From contig CAZDXC010000002.1 of the NCBI GenBank assembly GCA_964509675.1, forward strand, positions 7,425-71,424: 64,000 nt of DNA. The letters are read 5' to 3'. The DNA is from Candidatus Woesearchaeota archaeon. GTDB lineage: Archaea; Nanobdellota; Nanobdellia; Pacearchaeales; GW2011-AR1. The position numbers were made by a program, and so were the translations under genes. This document shows positions 47,380 through 55,740 of the stretch, one piece after another. Numbering within the stretch: position 1 is the first letter of the stretch; every line of letters begins with the position of its first letter. Below the pieces are notes generated by a model. It ran no database searches and was not told the DNA's origin. It saw nothing but the letters and a program-made list of their open reading frames with translations.

Positions 47380-48949
47380 AATCCAAAATTTTAATTTGTC
47401 TGGTTTTTAGATTGAACATAGGAACCTTGCAAAAATCAGGCTCATTTCCCATTCTCTCTTGGTTTGATGTTTTACTTTCCCAAGAAGACACAGAAATCAT
47501 TAACACATTATTATAATAAGAAACTGCACTCTTGTGAGTATGGGCAGAAACAAAAATATCCGGAACTTTTTTTATTATCAAATTATCCTCTTCAGAAGGA
47601 TAATATTGGACAGAGGAATGGCTTGGAGCAAGATGCCTGTTTTTTAAAAGATATGCCATTATTTTATCAGGAAAATTTAGTGTTTTTTCTTTCATGAATT
47701 TTGGAACTGTATTTGCGTAATAAGGAAAAGAAAATCCATGATAGGTTAGAACATCAAAACCAGAAAAATTATTTTTATTTCCGATGTTAACATATGTGGG
47801 ATTTCCTGTTAAGATTACGTTCTTTAAATCATAAAGACTCCAGGCATACCTTTCATTAAACAAAGGTTGGGGTTCCATTAATCTAACTCCATCATGATTT
47901 CCGGGGGAAATTATAATATGGATATCTTTTCTAATTTTTTTCAAAATTTCTGAAATCCCGATGAATTGTTCTTCTATATCTCCAATATTCAAATCTCTTT
48001 CCTGACTTGGATAAACACCAACCCCTGCAATGATATCTCCAACAAGAAATAAATATTTCACTTTTTCTGATTCAGGTGTATTTGGAACCTTTCCGTTAAG
48101 ATAATCAATAAATTTTAGAAATCCCTTTTCCAAAAAAAGTTTGCTGCCAAAATGTAAATCACCCAAAAAAAGAGCATATTCCTCAACAGGGGATTTTTTT
48201 CTTTCAGGAAGAACAGAATCAGGAAAAACAATGTCATTTACAAAAAAAATTTCGTCATTTCCAAAACCACTAAATCCCATAATCGAATCAAGACTTATTT
48301 CTTCGGCCACTTCATAGAGTAAAGGATTATTTTGATTTACCAAAACCTTTATCTTCCCAGTCAAATCCTCCACTTCCAAAAGTATATTTTTATTTTTGGT
48401 TGTTTTTTTGTCAGAAACAATTCCAATTATGGATATCCCATGTCTGTTTCCAGAAATCTTATTTATTGAAACAAGATTTCTAAGAGAAGTGTTGCTCTGA
48501 AGAATTTTTTTCATTTCATTAAGTCTGTTTCTGAAATATCTTGTAAAATCATTCACTGCGAGTTTCTTTGTATTATGATTAAAAAAGGAAGATAGAATTT
48601 TCACTCCATTATTATTCACTTCATTTTCCCTTATCTCTTTCTTTTCTTCAATTTTATTTTCTTGTGAAAATTCCTTGGAAATTTCTATGCTTAAACCAAG
48701 TTTTATCTTTAATTTCTCTAATCGCCTTTGGTTTTCTTGAGGCAAGGCAGAAAAAATCTGAAAAACCTTGTCTTTATTTTGACTAAAGAGATTTTTTGTT
48801 ATTATTCTTTGATTAGTGGAATCTTTTATTTTTTCTATAATCAACTTTACAGATTCAACATCATTAGTTTCACCTAATAAACTCAAAACTTCATTATCCA
48901 ATAAAAAGCCTCTTTCTAAGCAAAATTTCAATATCTCTTTTGTATCCAT
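47363..48949 (-). CDS. dp1: DNA polymerase II (PolD) small subunit DP1
   Basis: Calcineurin-like phosphoesterase motifs FLGDLHFGS, FLVGDIIAGVG, PGNHD in the C-terminal half; 528 aa; adjacent to DP2 and cdc6. Confidence 0.75.
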   Translation of the reverse strand: MDTKEILKFCLERGFLLDNEVLSLLGETNDVESVKLIIEKIKDSTNQRIITKNLFSQNKDKVFQIFSALPQENQRRLEKLKIKLGLSIEISKEFSQENKIEEKKEIRENEVNNNGVKILSSFFNHNTKKLAVNDFTRYFRNRLNEMKKILQSNTSLRNLVSINKISGNRHGISIIGIVSDKKTTKNKNILLEVEDLTGKIKVLVNQNNPLLYEVAEEISLDSIMGFSGFGNDEIFFVNDIVFPDSVLPERKKSPVEEYALFLGDLHFGSKLFLEKGFLKFIDYLNGKVPNTPESEKVKYLFLVGDIIAGVGVYPSQERDLNIGDIEEQFIGISEILKKIRKDIHIIISPGNHDGVRLMEPQPLFNERYAWSLYDLKNVILTGNPTYVNIGNKNNFSGFDVLTYHGFSFPYYANTVPKFMKEKTLNFPDKIMAYLLKNRHLAPSHSSVQYYPSEEDNLIIKKVPDIFVSAHTHKSAVSYYNNVLMISVSSWESKTSNQERMGNEPDFCKVPMFNLKTRQIKILDFEDES

Positions 48950-48967
48950 ACCTAAAAAATTTTTTAT

Positions 48968-50179
48968 TTAATTGTAAGATAATGAATTTGAAATAATCTC
49001 CTTTGCTTTTCCAATAATGTCTTTTGTTATAGCAAGCCGAATTTCCCTCATTCTTCCCCCTCTTCCTTTGGAAATAACATTTACAGTAATAATCCCTAAC
49101 ATATCAAACTCCTGAATTATGTCTCCTACTCTCCTCTGAGTAAGCACTTCTAAATGATTTTTTATACATAAATCTCTATAACAATTATAAACCTCTCCAG
49201 TAAATAAATGGTAATTTGGGTTTTTTTCTGAAATTTGAATTATTGAACTTAATACAAGTTGGAATTGTTTTGGTTCTGATTTTATAACATCCAAAATTTT
49301 ATCTCTTTCTATTTTATCATTAGCTTCATCTATATATTTTAAGAAGATTTTTTTTGAATTGTCTCTCTCTGCCAATTCTCCGGCTATTCTCAACAAATCC
49401 AAAGCTCTTCTAGCATCTCCATGTTCCCTGGCAGCTAAAGCAGCACATTTGGCAATAACTCCTTCCTGAAGAATCCCTCCTTTAAAAGCATCTTTTGCTC
49501 TTTTGGATAAGATGTCCTGCAATTGTAAGGCATTATAAGGGTCAAAAACAATTTCCTCTTCTGAAAGTGAACTTTTCACCCTTGGGTCTAATTCATCCAA
49601 AAAAGTTAGATTATTGCTTATTCCAACCAAACAAATTTGAGATTTGGATAATTCAGAATTAAGTCTCGTCAAATTATAAAGAAAATCATCTGAAATTTTT
49701 TTGGCTGTTTGGTCTATTTCATCTAATACAAGCACTATTGTTTGCTTCTCTGAATCAATTGTATCAAGGAACCTTTCATAAACCGATTGTGTTGGAAGTC
49801 CTGTCGCAGGAACCTCTCCCCCAAATTTCTTAATCAATTCAGCTAATATTCTATACTCTGTATCAGATACTTTTTTTAATTTGCAGTTCAAATATTCTAT
49901 CCTCAACTTAAAATCTGCATCTTTTTTTGCCCTTTTCATTAACTCATTTCTCACATAAAGTACAGAAAGAGTTTTCCCTGTTCCGGTTTTCCCATATAAA
50001 AACAGATTACTCGCTCTATCCCCTCTTAAAAGAGGAGCTAGTATAGAAGCTATTTGTTTTATTTCCTTACCTCTATGCGGAATATCTTCTGGTTGATAAC
50101 TGCTTTGCAGCGTGGATTTATCTTTGAAAATTCCGTTATTATCAAAAGCTTCAAATATCTTATCTAATTCATTTCCCAT
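48968..50179 (-). CDS. cdc6: Orc1/Cdc6 replication initiator
   Basis: AAA+ Walker A LYGKTGTGKT, Walker B VLDEID, C-terminal winged helix. Confidence 0.9.
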   Translation of the reverse strand: MGNELDKIFEAFDNNGIFKDKSTLQSSYQPEDIPHRGKEIKQIASILAPLLRGDRASNLFLYGKTGTGKTLSVLYVRNELMKRAKKDADFKLRIEYLNCKLKKVSDTEYRILAELIKKFGGEVPATGLPTQSVYERFLDTIDSEKQTIVLVLDEIDQTAKKISDDFLYNLTRLNSELSKSQICLVGISNNLTFLDELDPRVKSSLSEEEIVFDPYNALQLQDILSKRAKDAFKGGILQEGVIAKCAALAAREHGDARRALDLLRIAGELAERDNSKKIFLKYIDEANDKIERDKILDVIKSEPKQFQLVLSSIIQISEKNPNYHLFTGEVYNCYRDLCIKNHLEVLTQRRVGDIIQEFDMLGIITVNVISKGRGGRMREIRLAITKDIIGKAKEIISNSLSYN

Positions 50180-50214
50180 TTCTTACCCTCATTTTTAATT
50201 AACACTGACACTTT

Positions 50215-50240
50215 TATTTCCTATGGAAATTGTTAGAAAA
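50215..50240 (+). repeat. ORB-like element 1
   Basis: TTTCCTATGGAAATTGTTAGAAAA. Confidence 0.5.
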
Positions 50241-50314
50241 TAAAAGATTCACAACGATAACTATTTGAATTGATTATATAAATAATTATAACTACTCGTA
50301 AAGAAATACACCTT

Positions 50315-50340
50315 AATTTCTTATGGAAATAAAACTCTTA
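50315..50340 (+). repeat. ORB-like element 2
   Basis: TTTCTTATGGAAATAAAACTCTTAAG. Confidence 0.45.
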
Positions 50341-50437
50341 AGAATCTGTTTTCTTATATTTTTTCTGTCAGTTATCTTATTTGATGTTAGTTTCTTAAAT
50401 TGCTTTTAAATAATAAAATTTATTATTAAAATTACTT

Positions 50438-50469
50438 TATTATATTATATTATATTATATTATATTATA
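50438..50469. repeat. (TATTA)n microsatellite, candidate DNA unwinding element
   Basis: ttatattatattatattatattatattata. Confidence 0.5.
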
Positions 50470-50527
50470 ACATATAAATAAATATAAGTAAATAATAATC
50501 AAAAAATTTTAAATTTTGTTTATAAAC

Positions 50528-50556
50528 ATTTCTATGAGAAATGAAGGGGTGGGAGT
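50528..50556 (+). repeat. ORB-like element 3 with a G-string
   Basis: TTTCTATGAGAAATGAAGGGGTGGGAG; resembles the full Pyrococcus-type ORB (GGAAATGAAA..GGGG). Confidence 0.5.
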
Positions 50557-50638
50557 ATTTTCTTTTTTCAATTAGTATACTCTTAAATCTATTTAATTTT
50601 ACAGAAAAGTTTATAAATTATTCTCCTTTAAATTTCAT

Positions 50639-50899
50639 ATGCAGGGGAATAAGAACACTTATAATTCTATTGTAGGAAAAATGATTGTAACCAAAGAAGG
50701 AAAAAGATTGGGTTTTGTTAGAGATATAACTTTTGAGACCAAATCCGGAGAGCTTATTAACATAGTTGTTAAGGATTCTACTCCTTATACAAAGAACCTT
50801 AATTTGGAAAGAACAAACTCAAATGAATTATTAATCCCCTATAACGCCATAATAGCTATCGGAGATTTTGTAATTGTTTCAGAAGAAGATTTAATCTAA
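50639..50899 (+). CDS. PRC-barrel domain protein
   Basis: 86 aa; ..VGKMIVTKEGKRLGFVRDITFETKSGELINIVVKD.. PRC-barrel pattern. Confidence 0.5.
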   Translation: MQGNKNTYNSIVGKMIVTKEGKRLGFVRDITFETKSGELINIVVKDSTPYTKNLNLERTNSNELLIPYNAIIAIGDFVIVSEEDLI

Positions 50900-50943
50900 T
50901 TTTAAATATAAATATTTAAAAATATCACTTTAATTTATTTAGG

Positions 50944-51366
50944 ATGAGACTTATTGCTTTTAATTTTGAGAAAATGAGTATTGAGAAATTTAATGGAAAA
51001 CCAGAAAATCTTAAATTTAATACAAAAATAGATATTTCTGCGATTAATCCCTTTAAGTCTGATATCATAAAAACAAAAGAGGAGCTCCTCAAGATAGATT
51101 TTGTTTATTCTGTTTTATATGAACCCGATTTTGCTAAATTAGAACTAGCTGGAAGCATGGTTCTTTCTGTTGAACCCAAACTAGCTCGGGAAGTTTTAAA
51201 AGGATGGAAAGATAAACAAACATTAGAAGATTTCAGAATCTTTATGTTTAATATTATTTTAAGGAAATCAAATATTAAAGCTTTACAATTAGAAGATGAA
51301 CTCGACCTTCCATTACATTTGCCATTGCCTTCTTTGAATAAAGAGAATGTAAAAGAAGGAAAATAG
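50944..51366 (+). CDS. Hypothetical protein
   Basis: 140-aa ORF, no recognisable motif. Confidence 0.3.
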   Translation: MRLIAFNFEKMSIEKFNGKPENLKFNTKIDISAINPFKSDIIKTKEELLKIDFVYSVLYEPDFAKLELAGSMVLSVEPKLAREVLKGWKDKQTLEDFRIFMFNIILRKSNIKALQLEDELDLPLHLPLPSLNKENVKEGK

Positions 51367-51408
51367 AAATAGTCAAACTTTAAAAAATAGTTTCACTAAG
51401 TTCTTTTA

Positions 51409-51690
51409 ATGAAAATATCTGAACAAAAAAAAGAGAAAATTTATGAACAAATTCTCGCATTACTCTATTCTGTTTCTCCAAAACCATTATTTACATTGAA
51501 TATTGCTCAGGAAATTGCAAGAGACGAAGAATTTGTAAAATCTCTCCTTTTATCTCTAAAGAGAAAAAATCTTATCGTGGAAATAAAGAAAAACCCAAAA
51601 GGGCTGCCTTATGCAAAAAGATCTAGATGGAAACTGACTGACAATACTTACCAAGCTTATAAAAAACAACAAAATATCCAAAATCCTTAA
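51409..51690 (+). CDS. Small putative winged-helix DNA-binding protein
   Basis: 93 aa; ..LNIAQEIARDEEFVKSLLLSLKRKNLIVEIKKN.. HTH-wing pattern. Confidence 0.35.
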   Translation: MKISEQKKEKIYEQILALLYSVSPKPLFTLNIAQEIARDEEFVKSLLLSLKRKNLIVEIKKNPKGLPYAKRSRWKLTDNTYQAYKKQQNIQNP

Positions 51691-51714
51691 ATATTCTTTA
51701 TTATTTCGATAATC

Positions 51715-52389
51715 ATGGATGAGATAAAAAAAGCCTTCCATAAAGTAAAACAAGACATAGATTCCTTGAATAATGAATTTAATATATTAAAAAAATCTTT
51801 TTTTGAAGCAAAACAACAACTTTCATATATGAATAAAACTCTTAATGAGCTTATTTCTAAAACTAAAGAAGAATCACAGGATAATTTTAATACAACAAAT
51901 AACCTCAGAAATTCAACATATCCAACACATTCTTCGACACATAACCTTCCCTTTAAGCCCTTAAAAAAGCAAAATATGGGGATTTCCACTGGAAATGAAG
52001 GGGTTCCAACAGACAAACAGACAGACAAACAGACAGACAAACAGACAGAAAAAACCTATTTTGGAAACGCCTTGGAGATTCTTAATTCATTAGATAATAT
52101 AAAAAAAGAGATAAGAAATAAGTTTAAACGAATTACAGACCAAGAATTCTTGGTTTTTTCTACAATTTACCAATTAGAAGAAGAAACAAAATATGTCGAT
52201 TATAAGATTGTTTCTAAGCGGTTAAACCTGACTGAGAGTTCTATAAGAGATTATGTCGGAAGACTGATAAAAAAAGGAATTCCCGTCGAGAAAACAAAAA
52301 TTAATAATAAAATGATTCAGCTTTCAATTTCCAATCAATTGAGGAAAGTTGCTCCTTTGCCTGTTATTTTACAGCTTAGAGAACTATAG
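51715..52389 (+). CDS. Coiled-coil plus winged-HTH protein with an in-frame TDKQ tandem repeat
   Basis: N-terminal coiled coil, TDKQTDKQTDKQTEK encoded by (cagacagacaaa)x3 at about 52010-52050, C-terminal HTH LNLTESSIRDYVGRLIKKGIPVEK. Confidence 0.45.
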   Translation: MDEIKKAFHKVKQDIDSLNNEFNILKKSFFEAKQQLSYMNKTLNELISKTKEESQDNFNTTNNLRNSTYPTHSSTHNLPFKPLKKQNMGISTGNEGVPTDKQTDKQTDKQTEKTYFGNALEILNSLDNIKKEIRNKFKRITDQEFLVFSTIYQLEEETKYVDYKIVSKRLNLTESSIRDYVGRLIKKGIPVEKTKINNKMIQLSISNQLRKVAPLPVILQLREL

Positions 52390-52484
52390 ATGATTTTTCT
52401 TAAGATTTCTCGCTAACCGAATAACTAACTATCTAATTCTGGATTTGCTCTTTTTTTTCAAAAATTCTCATAATTTTTTGTTTT

Positions 52485-53120
52485 TTAGTAATCAGAAACC
52501 TTCTTTTTATCTTTTTTTTCAGATTTTTCACCTCCTTTAACTCTCACTTTTGTCTTTTTTAGCATCTTTTCCTTGATATTTTCAGGAATAAACACTCTCT
52601 TTTTACCATTTTTCTCTATTTCTTCTTCAATTATTCCCTCACACTTTTGTTTTATTGCGTTTATCTGTCCTCTTATCGTGGATCTCTCTTTTCCTAACAT
52701 GGCAGCTAAATCATCATAACTCAACTTCATTTCAGTATTTAACAATATCCAAAGAATTGCTCTTTCAGTTATTGAAAATTGGCTTAATTTTGGTGTTTGA
52801 ACACCTGTTTGAACACCTGTTTGGACAGCATAAACAGCTGTTTGTTTATTAAACACCTGTTTGGGTGTTTTAAACACCCTGTTTGTTTTTAATTCATTCA
52901 TAATTGAAAGAACATTTTTCAAACCATCAACATCATTTTTTATCGACGATAAAATCTCTTTTAAATCCTCAATTTCTTTTTTTTGCAAATTTTTCTCAGA
53001 ATCAAGATGTTTAATCCACCCACTTACAGAAACTATATCTTTTTTTACAGAATCAAAACTATTTTTAGTTTCTTCTTTTATCTTTTCAACCTCTTTTTTT
53101 CCTCCAAACAACCAAAACAT
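52485..53120 (-). CDS. Coiled-coil plus HTH protein with an in-frame VQTG tandem repeat; paralog-like of 51715-52389
   Basis: Same architecture; VQTGVQTGVQT encoded by a 12-nt repeat at about 52793-52828; HTH LSYDDLAAMLGKERSTIRGQINAIKQK; Lys-rich tail. Confidence 0.45.
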   Translation of the reverse strand: MFWLFGGKKEVEKIKEETKNSFDSVKKDIVSVSGWIKHLDSEKNLQKKEIEDLKEILSSIKNDVDGLKNVLSIMNELKTNRVFKTPKQVFNKQTAVYAVQTGVQTGVQTPKLSQFSITERAILWILLNTEMKLSYDDLAAMLGKERSTIRGQINAIKQKCEGIIEEEIEKNGKKRVFIPENIKEKMLKKTKVRVKGGEKSEKKDKKKVSDY

Positions 53121-53401
53121 AGTAATATTTGTAAATCATACTTTAAAAATCTTTTGCCAGCGACGATATTTTTCTAAAAAGATAATAATAAATTTAAGAG
53201 GAAATTACATAAAATTAATCAAAAAAGAGCTGTTTAAAGACGAAAAAATATGACAAACAGCTGTTTAAAGGCTGTTTTAAACAGCTGTTTAAAATTTAAA
53301 CATCTAAAGTTAATTATTAGTATTAACTTAGATAACCTAAGTGCACAACCCCCTACTGTACTAAAGATTTATGCTAAATTTGCATCAAAAAAGTATATAT
53401 T

Positions 53402-53425
53402 ATCTAATGGAAATTGTTAAAAATT
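53402..53425 (+). repeat. ORB-like element 4 (distant copy)
   Basis: CTAATGGAAATTGTTAAAAATTCT; 17/18 identity with the ORB1 core ATGGAAATTGTTAGAAAA. Confidence 0.4.
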
Positions 53426-53445
53426 CTAAATGAGTCTAATACAAC

Positions 53446-53655
53446 ATGTCAATATCAATTGATGAACAGATAGAAAAGATAAGGCAAAGAGAAATAAGGG
53501 AAGGTAATCTTTATGATTGTCCTGAAAAGCTTTATGCAAAATCTAAGCAAATCAGAGATATTGTCATGTGTGAAGGTCATATAGTTGGGGTTAAGGGGAC
53601 GAGTTTATCTCAAAAATGTTTAGATTGTCAATTTTATGCACAAACTTCACCTTAG
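53446..53655 (+). CDS. Small Cys-containing protein, hypothetical
   Basis: 69 aa; CPEKL..MCEGH..CLDCQF. Confidence 0.3.
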   Translation: MSISIDEQIEKIRQREIREGNLYDCPEKLYAKSKQIRDIVMCEGHIVGVKGTSLSQKCLDCQFYAQTSP

Positions 53656-53710
53656 TTTACATTATATTAAATTATATAAATGCTTAAAAGATTCTATTTT
53701 TTTAATATAG

Positions 53711-53992
53711 ATGGCTTTGGATGGTTATTATGTATATAGATTAGAAAAAGTATTAGAAAAAGGAATTGAGAATAAAAAAACAGAACTAATTAATTTCTTA
53801 CAGCATAATTTATACCCAATTTATCACCAAGCATGTGCTGAAGCAAAGGTTCCTGAAGAATCAAAAATAAAATCTTTTTACTCTCATTCACAAACTTCAC
53901 CTAAGTGCACAGAACAAGACTTAGGTAAAAAATTGTTAGAACTTAAAAGAGTCTCTCCAGTAATTAATAGAGCAGGACAATCTGACCATTAA
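53711..53992 (+). CDS. Hypothetical protein
   Basis: 93 aa; shares the DNA repeat cacaaacttcacctWagt with the upstream ORF. Confidence 0.3.
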   Translation: MALDGYYVYRLEKVLEKGIENKKTELINFLQHNLYPIYHQACAEAKVPEESKIKSFYSHSQTSPKCTEQDLGKKLLELKRVSPVINRAGQSDH

Positions 53993-54166
53993 CAGAACAT
54001 TTCCCCTCAAACTCATTTTTATATGTAAATACTTCGTACAACCTATATTGTCACAATCTTTTTTCTCAATTTTCCTTATAAAAAACTGAACTTAGGGCAC
54101 CCTATAAGCACGTAAACCATACATTTTTAAACCTTAGTGCACATTTTTCTATATAAAAGAGGGAAA

Positions 54167-54943
54167 ATGAATGAAAAAACTCAAACTAAACCCCTTGCAG
54201 CAATTTATGTTCGTGTTTCAACTGAAGAACAAGCAAGACAGGGAATTTCTTTATCTGCTCAGGAAGAATCTCTAAAAAATTATGCATCTGCTCTTGGTTA
54301 TGAAATCTATAAAATTTACAAGGATGAAGGGAAATCAGCAAAAGATATCAAAGGCAGGCCAGAAATGGTTCAATTGCTAAAGGATGCAGAGTCAAGAAAA
54401 ATTCAGGCAATATTCATCTATAAGTTAGATAGATTTTCAAGAAGCTTAAGAGATTTAATAGAAACTATTGAAAAATTAAAGGAATGGGGAGTTGATTTTA
54501 TTTCTTTACAAGATAAGATAGAAACAACAAGTGCTTCAGGAAAATTGATGTTTCATATTATTTCAGCTTTCGCAGAATTTGAAAGAAATGTGACGGGAGA
54601 CAGAACTAAATTTTCAATGGATAAAAAGGCAAGAGACGGCTTGCCAATAACAAGAGCTCCATGGGGGTATAAAATTGAAGACAAAAAGCTAATTCCCACA
54701 GAACACTCTTATCAAGTTCAGGAAGTTTTTCAAGAATTCTTAAATCAAAAAATAAGTTTAACAAAATTAGCCCAAAAATATGGTTTTTCGGTCAATGGCT
54801 TGAAAAAAATTCTGAAAAACCAAGTTTATTTGGGAAAAATAAAGTTTGATGGACAGACACATCAAGGAACACATCAACCCTTGATTTCATCAACTTTATT
54901 TAATCATGTTCAAGATAAGTTGGAGAAGTTAGGAATTAAATAG
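54167..54943 (+). CDS. Serine recombinase (resolvase/invertase family)
   Basis: Catalytic N-terminus AAIYVRVSTEEQ with the nucleophile Ser; DRFSRS and GKLMFHIISAFAEFER resolvase motifs; C-terminal HTH-like region; GAGGG RBS 6 nt upstream. Confidence 0.75.
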   Translation: MNEKTQTKPLAAIYVRVSTEEQARQGISLSAQEESLKNYASALGYEIYKIYKDEGKSAKDIKGRPEMVQLLKDAESRKIQAIFIYKLDRFSRSLRDLIETIEKLKEWGVDFISLQDKIETTSASGKLMFHIISAFAEFERNVTGDRTKFSMDKKARDGLPITRAPWGYKIEDKKLIPTEHSYQVQEVFQEFLNQKISLTKLAQKYGFSVNGLKKILKNQVYLGKIKFDGQTHQGTHQPLISSTLFNHVQDKLEKLGIK

Positions 54944-54949
54944 ATAGAT

Positions 54950-55348
54950 TTATCTGTAACTCTTCTGACGTTTTCTTCTTGCCTTGCTGTCTCCAGGCTT
55001 GTAAGATTCTTTTCTTCGGACATCTGCAACAAGCAAATTCCTATCATAATCAAAAAAGGCATCTTCTAATTCCTTTGATTTTGAGAATTTTAATAATGCT
55101 TTTGATAATGCAACTCTTGCGGCTTCTACTTGTCCTTTTTCTCCTCCTCCCTTTACTTTTATTGAAACATCGAAATTTAATTTTCCTAAAATATTTTCCG
55201 CAATCCTTAGAGGCTCGTCTATTTTTAATTTATCAAAAAAATGCAATGTTTTGTAATCTCTCCCATTTATCAAAATTTTTCCGTTCCCATCATCAATAAC
55301 AGCTCTTGCGACTGCTCTTTTTCTTTTTCCAGATGTTATTGTTTTCAT
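54950..55348 (-). CDS. rps9: 30S ribosomal protein S9 (uS9)
   Basis: ..GGG..GQ..A...ALSKAL.. and C-terminal ..RRKESYKPG..ARRKRQKSYR. Confidence 0.9.
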   Translation of the reverse strand: MKTITSGKRKRAVARAVIDDGNGKILINGRDYKTLHFFDKLKIDEPLRIAENILGKLNFDVSIKVKGGGEKGQVEAARVALSKALLKFSKSKELEDAFFDYDRNLLVADVRRKESYKPGDSKARRKRQKSYR

Positions 55349-55740
55349 TTTGAGATTTCCTTAATTTTTATTGATTTTCCCAGAGTTTTTGCTCTTCCAG
55401 CAGATATTTTTTTCTTTTCTTCAAATTCTTTTGGCATTCCTCTGTAACATTTTATTCTTTTGAATGCTATTCTTCCTCTCCCAACACGATAATTTGGAAG
55501 CATCCCTCTTATAGTTCTCTTAACTATTTTTTCACTTGTTTTTGAAATTTTTGGCCCTTTTTGCGTACTTCCAACTCTTTTTCTTTTTGCCTCAAAATTT
55601 TCTTTTATATCTTTTTTATTTCCTGTAATTATTATCTGCTCACAATTTACAATTACAATATCTTCTCCCTTAAGTGCTTCTTTAGCTGCATAACTTGCCA
55701 ATCTTCCCAATGTTGCATTCTTGCCATCGATTATTTTCAT
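55345..55740 (-). CDS. rpl13: 50S ribosomal protein L13 (uL13)
   Basis: MKIIDGKNATLGRLASYAAKEALKG.. Confidence 0.9.
   Translation of the reverse strand: MKIIDGKNATLGRLASYAAKEALKGEDIVIVNCEQIIITGNKKDIKENFEAKRKRVGSTQKGPKISKTSEKIVKRTIRGMLPNYRVGRGRIAFKRIKCYRGMPKEFEEKKKISAGRAKTLGKSIKIKEISK

Larger units (their letters stand above)
50190..50560. other. Putative chromosomal replication origin (oriC)
   Basis: Non-coding AT-rich region directly upstream of cdc6, holding three ORB-like repeats and an AT microsatellite. Confidence 0.6.
50640..54949. mobile_element. Candidate integrated or accessory element (boundaries uncertain)
   Basis: A run of small hypothetical and HTH genes, repeat-rich DNA, an ORB-like copy and a terminal serine recombinase, wedged between the origin and the ribosomal operon. 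Confidence 0.3.

Noticed and set aside
50438-50469. Possible CRISPR array or minisatellite at (TATTA)n
   Set aside because: Perfect 5-nt microsatellite with no spacers and no cas genes; best explained as the AT-rich unwinding element of the origin
52005-52050. 12-nt tandem repeats as a mini-CRISPR
   Set aside because: Only three contiguous copies with no spacers, in-frame within a coding sequence; a paralogous gene has an analogous repeat. These are coding or binding-site repeats
54137-54166. Upstream Met (MHIFLYKRGK..) as the recombinase start
   Set aside because: A GAGGG ribosome-binding site sits 6 nt before the second ATG (54167), and the conserved serine-recombinase N-terminus begins right after it
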